Below, in pieces: positions 59,397-64,000 of a stretch of DNA of 64,000 nucleotides. The translations under genes were made by a program, and so were the position numbers. The notes under the pieces were generated by a model. The model ran no database searches. It was not told the DNA's origin and saw only the letters and a program-made list of their open reading frames with translations. Within the stretch, counting starts at the first letter, position 1. Each line of letters opens with the position of its first letter. The DNA lies in the NCBI GenBank assembly GCA_963804165.1, contig CAWDPO010000016.1:32001-96000 (forward strand), given 5' to 3'. This DNA is from an uncultured delta proteobacterium. Lineage in GTDB: Bacteria; Desulfobacterota; Binatia; UBA9968.

Positions 59397-60155
59397 TCAG
59401 TGCATGTTCATACCGCCGTCGACGCCGATCGATTGGCCGGTCATGAAATCGCTGTCATCCGAGGCAAGAAAGATCACCGTGCCGACGAGATCCGCCGGAT
59501 ACTGATCGCGCTGGATGGCGCGACGCTTTCTGCGATCGGCCAACTGCTCGGGACTGGTGACGCCTTCCTGGTTTGGGCTGGAAATAGTTAAGCCGGGCAT
59601 GATCGAATTGACGCAGATGTTGTCGCCGCCGACTTCGCGTGCGAGCGCGCGGGTGAAACCCAATACGCCGGCTTTGGAGGAAACATAGTGCAAGAAAAAT
59701 GGCGTGCCGCTTTGCGTCGTCCCTGATGAGATGTTGATAATCTTGCCTTTTTTCTGTTGCTTCATGGCGGGGTAGACGGCCTTCACGCAGAGGAACAACC
59801 CTTTTACGTTGACCGCCATCACGCGATCCCATTCGTCGGTGTCGATCTCCATGAAGTTTTTCTTTTTCAAGGCTGAGTAAAGGCCGGCGTTGTTGACGAG
59901 GATGTCGATGCGGCCATATTCTTTCAACGCAGCCGTGGCCATCGCTTGAGTTTTCTCCAGGGAGGTAACGTCGACGGCCACGGCGATAGCTTCGTCGCCG
60001 GCCGCTTTGATGTCGGCGGCGACTTTCTGCGCTTCCACTTCCTGAATATCGGCGACGACAACCTTGGCTCCCTCTTTGGCCAGGCCGTGGGCGTAAGCTT
60101 TGCCGATGCCCACGCCGCCGCCGGTGACGATTGCAACCTTATCCTTCAAACGCAT
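59397..60155 (-). CDS. SDR family oxidoreductase
   Basis: TGGGVGIG, NNAG, YVSSK, VDGG. Confidence 0.93.
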   Translation of the reverse strand: MRLKDKVAIVTGGGVGIGKAYAHGLAKEGAKVVVADIQEVEAQKVAADIKAAGDEAIAVAVDVTSLEKTQAMATAALKEYGRIDILVNNAGLYSALKKKNFMEIDTDEWDRVMAVNVKGLFLCVKAVYPAMKQQKKGKIINISSGTTQSGTPFFLHYVSSKAGVLGFTRALAREVGGDNICVNSIMPGLTISSPNQEGVTSPEQLADRRKRRAIQRDQYPADLVGTVIFLASDDSDFMTGQSIGVDGGMNMH

Positions 60156-60196
60156 AATGATTCTCCGTAACTAATACGAGTAAGTGTTGATCAAAC

Positions 60197-60260
60197 TGGA
60201 GTGATGGAGTGTTGGAGTATTGAGCCTCCCGACCCAGTACTCCATCACTCCAATGCTCCA
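60197..60260. repeat. 8-bp periodic palindrome (TGGAGT type)
   Basis: TGGAGTGA TGGAGTGT TGGAGTAT ... GTACTCCA TCACTCCA ATGCTCCA. Confidence 0.8.
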
Positions 60261-60274
60261 TTCTTTTCTAGGAC

Positions 60275-61369
60275 CTACCCCAACGCCGGGTTGATCAGTG
60301 CTTTGGTCGGGAACATTTCGGGAATCTCGCCGCCGATGGCGCGAATACACTTTTCGACATCCTTCAGCGGAAAAACATGGCTGACCATTTCTTGCACCGG
60401 AAATTTGGTCGCCTCAATTATACGCAGCGCCGCTTCCGTGGCGTCGTTATCCGCCGTGAAGCAGCCCTGCAGTTTGATTTCGTTCCATACCAATTTGTCC
60501 ATCAGCATCGGTGTCACCGTGGAGTCGCCGGTCAAGCCGCCGAGCACCATCGTCGATTGGCGGTGCAGACAGTCGACGGATTTCAAAATCGCATTGGGGT
60601 TGCCCGACACGTCGACGACGACATCGCACATCTCACTGTTGGTTTCCTTGCGAATCACTTCCACGACATCTTCTTCTTCGACATTAATGGTTCGGGTAGC
60701 GCCAAACTTTTTTGCCAGTTCGAGCCGAGGCTTGTCGCGCCCGATGCCTGTAATGAATATTTTTGCCGCGCCGGCGTGCTTCGATGCAAACGTGCAGGAG
60801 AGTCCTTGTTGGCCGGGACCTTGGATCAAAACGTAGTCGCCCATCTTGACGCCACCGCGGCGGATCGCCCACTGAAATCCGTTCGCCATCACCGAGCCGA
60901 CCAAAGCCGCCGCTTCCGCGGTGAGCGATTCGCTTACTTTGGTGCAAAGCACATCGGGCGCCAAATAGAGATAGTCGGCGAAACCGCCGAACAGATGGGG
61001 CGGCAGGTCGCATTTCGTCCGACCGCCGTAGTTGGTGCGCTGGCGGCAAAAGCGCTGGTTATTGCGCCGGCAGTCGGCGCAGCGGCCGCAGCCGAGCGCG
61101 CCTTTGAGAATGACGCGGTCGCCTTCCTTGACATGATGAATCGCCGCGGCGTTTTTGCCGAGCTTTTCCACCCGGCCAAGAATTTCATGACCGAGTATGA
61201 TCGGATAATCGACTTTGAGCTTGCCGTGCAAATATTTAACGTCGGTGCCGCAGACGCCGCCCATTTCGATCTTGATCAAGCCGCCGTCAGCGGGAATATC
61301 GGGAATTGGATACTCGCGAAGTTCGAGTTTATCTGGACCGAGCAGTGTCGCTCCTCTTGCGCTTGCCAT
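60275..61369 (-). CDS. Zinc-binding dehydrogenase
   Basis: GVCGTD, LGHE, CGRCADC...C, QGPGQQG. Confidence 0.92.
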   Translation of the reverse strand: MASARGATLLGPDKLELREYPIPDIPADGGLIKIEMGGVCGTDVKYLHGKLKVDYPIILGHEILGRVEKLGKNAAAIHHVKEGDRVILKGALGCGRCADCRRNNQRFCRQRTNYGGRTKCDLPPHLFGGFADYLYLAPDVLCTKVSESLTAEAAALVGSVMANGFQWAIRRGGVKMGDYVLIQGPGQQGLSCTFASKHAGAAKIFITGIGRDKPRLELAKKFGATRTINVEEEDVVEVIRKETNSEMCDVVVDVSGNPNAILKSVDCLHRQSTMVLGGLTGDSTVTPMLMDKLVWNEIKLQGCFTADNDATEAALRIIEATKFPVQEMVSHVFPLKDVEKCIRAIGGEIPEMFPTKALINPALG

Positions 61370-61400
61370 GGTTCGTTCTCCTTATGGTCGCCGTTCAGGA

Positions 61401-61430
61401 TGAAGGAACCTCTAATCAGAGGTTCCTTCA
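61401..61430. other. Perfect 13-bp intergenic hairpin
   Basis: TGAAGGAACCTCT-AATC-AGAGGTTCCTTCA with no U-tract. Confidence 0.6.
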
Positions 61431-62408
61431 CTTCACTCTGTATTCTTGCGAAACTTTGTCGATGAAACCGGTGCTTTCTAGTTCCTTGACGAGTGACAGA
61501 TCGGTGTAGCGGTCCGGGTTTTCTTTCAAGACCTTAGGATCTTTCTTGCCGACTTCTTGAATCGGAAGTTCGAAATATTCTCTCGACGGATAGGGCTTCA
61601 GTGGAAAATCGTATTCGCGGAAGTTCTCTTCGAGTATCTCACGGTCTTGCACTTTCATGTACTTCGACAAAACCTTCATGGCGAATTCTTTGTTGGACTT
61701 ATAAAGGGCGACCCCTTCGATCATCGCCTTGGTGAAATTGACCAGTTCCGCCCGAGTCTTCGTCAAGTAGGGTCGGCGCGACACGAAAAACAGGCTGGAG
61801 TAGGGAATATTCAGTTTTGAGGCATCGAGCAGCAACGCCATGCCAAGTTTGCGCGCTTGCAGCGTCATCGGCGGCGTGAGCATGGCGGCATCGGCGTTAT
61901 TGGTCTCGACGGCGGCGATGCGGTTCGATTGATTGCCGAATTGGAGCAAGGCGACGTCGGTCTCGGGCCGGAGCCCCTCGCGCTGGAGCAGGAAGCGGGC
62001 AGCGAAATCGGCGTTGCTGCCAAAGCGACTGATGGCAATCCGCTTTACTTCCTTGATGCTCTTGAGGCCCTTCTTTCCATACACCCGATTGTCCATGGTA
62101 TTGCCCAGGCGGCCGAACATGACCAACTCCAACCCCGGGTTTGTAATCACCACCTGGGGCGAGAACATGCCGACTTGAGCGTCGCCCGATGTCAAAGCTG
62201 CAGCGGCTAAACTTGCGCCTTGGATAAAAATCAACTCAACGTTATTGCCGTATTTCTCAAAAAGCTTGGCTTCCTTCGTCACCCAGAGCGGCGCGAATTG
62301 ACCGACTTCGCTGGTCCAGACGACGTTGATGTTCGCGGCGGAGACTGACGTGGCTTGTATAAGCAGCAATACGGCGGCTAAGTGCAGCGTCAGACGATTC
62401 CATCTCAT
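61428..62408 (-). CDS. ABC substrate-binding protein, NMT1/SsuA-like
   Basis: Signal peptide, APLWVTKEAKLFEKYG, ISRFGS, ELESTGFID. Confidence 0.85.
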   Translation of the reverse strand: MRWNRLTLHLAAVLLLIQATSVSAANINVVWTSEVGQFAPLWVTKEAKLFEKYGNNVELIFIQGASLAAAALTSGDAQVGMFSPQVVITNPGLELVMFGRLGNTMDNRVYGKKGLKSIKEVKRIAISRFGSNADFAARFLLQREGLRPETDVALLQFGNQSNRIAAVETNNADAAMLTPPMTLQARKLGMALLLDASKLNIPYSSLFFVSRRPYLTKTRAELVNFTKAMIEGVALYKSNKEFAMKVLSKYMKVQDREILEENFREYDFPLKPYPSREYFELPIQEVGKKDPKVLKENPDRYTDLSLVKELESTGFIDKVSQEYRVK

Positions 62409-62446
62409 GCGTGACTCCTTTTGCTAAAGCGCAGATAATCCGGCGG

Positions 62447-62476
62447 TTGACCTCGATTCTCGGATACCCCTATACT
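62447..62476 (+). promoter_or_regulatory. Putative sigma70 promoter
   Basis: TTGACC-18 bp-TATACT upstream of 62513. Confidence 0.5.
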
Positions 62477-62512
62477 GCCGAACCCTTGTTGAATCAAGTT
62501 TGAGGAGGCCCG

Positions 62513-63490
62513 ATGATTCAATCCATTATCGTGCTGCTGATGGTTTTAATCGGTTATCCGTTGGCGTCGGCCCAGACGCCCACGCGGGTGATGTCCGGCT
62601 ACGCTGCGACGTCGGGACCGCATGCGGTGTTATGGATTGCCCGTGACGCCGGGCTATTTGAAAAGAATGGCTTGCGTACCGACGTCGCTTACATTCGCAG
62701 CGGGTCAACCATGGCGCAAACCCTGGTGTCCGGCGAAATCCAGATGTCACAAATGGGCGGGCCGGCGATGCTCGCCGCCGGGGTCGCGGGTATGGATGTC
62801 ACATTTGTCGCCGTGGCGCTCAACACCACGCCGATCGTGATCATGGGCACGGTGTCGAAGATGGAAGAGCTCAAAGGCAAATCGATCGGCGTGACCCGTT
62901 ATGGTTCCAACACCGACATCTCGGCGCGTTTTGCGATCCGTAAGGCGGGGCTTCAGCCGGAAAAAGACATTGCGCTGATCCAACTCGAAGACTACGCCGG
63001 CATAATGGGCGGGATCGCGTCCGGCCGTATTGCCGCCGGCGCGCTCGCCGATCCGTTTACCGACGCGGCAAAAAAGTTGGGCTATAAAGAAATCGCGGAT
63101 CTTGCCGCGATGGGATTGGAATTCCCCTTCGTCGGAATCGCGGCAAAGAAATCATATATTAAGGATAACACGGACACCGCGCAGCGTTTCGTGCGCGCTT
63201 ACGTGGAGGCAATCGCGATCTACAAGAATAACCGAGATCTGGCGATGAAGATCACGAGCAAGTATACGGGCATCAAGGATCCGGCAATTCTTGCCTCGAC
63301 CGTGGATTTCTACGCGCCGAAACTGCAGCGTGTTCCTTATGCCACGGTCGGCGGCATTCGCTTCGTTTTGGATCAAGTCGCTGTGCGCGACCCACGCGCA
63401 AAAAATTACGCGCCGGAAACTTTCATGGACACACGCTTTGTGAAGCAGCTTGAGGACAGCGGCTTTATCAAGGGGCTCTATCCCAAATGA
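62513..63490 (+). CDS. ABC substrate-binding protein, NMT1/SsuA-like
   Basis: Signal peptide, LWIARDAGLFEKNGL, LKGKSIGVTRYGS, LEDSGFI. Confidence 0.87.
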   Translation: MIQSIIVLLMVLIGYPLASAQTPTRVMSGYAATSGPHAVLWIARDAGLFEKNGLRTDVAYIRSGSTMAQTLVSGEIQMSQMGGPAMLAAGVAGMDVTFVAVALNTTPIVIMGTVSKMEELKGKSIGVTRYGSNTDISARFAIRKAGLQPEKDIALIQLEDYAGIMGGIASGRIAAGALADPFTDAAKKLGYKEIADLAAMGLEFPFVGIAAKKSYIKDNTDTAQRFVRAYVEAIAIYKNNRDLAMKITSKYTGIKDPAILASTVDFYAPKLQRVPYATVGGIRFVLDQVAVRDPRAKNYAPETFMDTRFVKQLEDSGFIKGLYPK

Positions 63491-63883
63491 AAGGGCGATC
63501 GCAGGCGCGATTTCCACTGTGACGCCGGATATGCCGAGTATAGAGAGCATCAGTCATCGCGTTTTTTGTTTTCACGCCCTCAGAAGATTCACATTCCATC
63601 GCTAAACGGTTGCGTTATTCCGCTACGTCTCTTAGCACGAAAACAGCTCAAAGCGTTTCTATGGCTCAATAATGATCGAAACAATGGCGCGCGGGCCCGC
63701 CGATTAATTTCTGCTTGATCGGCGCATTCCAGGATGTGATTGTCTGTCACGCTGCCGAGGAGCGTCGGTATCCAGCTGCTCGAAATTCGCCGCTTTGCCG
63801 GCTCAGGCTACATCGAAATCGCGGCGCATGAATCGCTCGGCGAACTGACCGAACGGGTGGCATAGGACGATCGGAATCTAGTC

Positions 63884-64000
63884 TTATAGCCGCAGTGAAG
63901 GACGTGGGTAGAGTGCGAGCGCTTCGACTGCTGAGGCTGCCGCGATCAGGCTCGCGTCGCGAAACGGCGCCGCCACGAGCTGCAAACCTATAGGGAGGCC
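63884..64000 (-). CDS. Amidase family protein, C-terminal end (truncated by window)
   Basis: GLPIGLQLVAAPFRDASLIAAASAVE. Confidence 0.75.
   Translation of the reverse strand, partial: GLPIGLQLVAAPFRDASLIAAASAVEALALYPRPSLRL

Overview
64 kb of a GC-rich bacterial chromosome. Gene content (many NMT1/SsuA-type binding proteins, spoVG in the ispE-prs block, yybS in the rpsF-rplI block) suggests a deltaproteobacterium-like lineage such as Ca. Binatia; this is inference only. Layout: (1) 0-2.7 kb nucleotidyltransferase, USP and sodC. (2) A 2.5-kb integrase-less islet at tRNA-Arg(CCG) carrying a TA pair and a DAHP synthase. (3) Core block suhB/ispE/spoVG/tRNA-Gln/prs/rplY/pth/rpsF/rpsR/yybS/rplI, with an unexplained, highly base-paired ~225-nt region between rpsF and rpsR. 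(4) A 16-32 kb catabolic cluster with two divergent tungsten AOR-family genes, a 4Fe-4S partner and many orphan solute-binding proteins, its spacers filled with 9-bp and 8-bp periodic palindromes and REP-like elements. (5) A fragmented, more AT-rich accessory region (32.4-42.8 kb) running from a tRNA-Thr remnant to a duplicated moeA 5' end that brackets a VapBC module, with two RAYT transposase remnants inside. (6) moeA/moeA-PBP, a sigma54-driven HTH gene, a histidine kinase, a Na+-pumping acyl-CoA decarboxylase operon, plsY, lipoproteins, mrp-sufT-MEMO, dehydrogenases and more binding proteins. Several single-base frameshifts in otherwise intact genes look like assembly indel errors. No CRISPR array, rRNA or intact integrase was seen.
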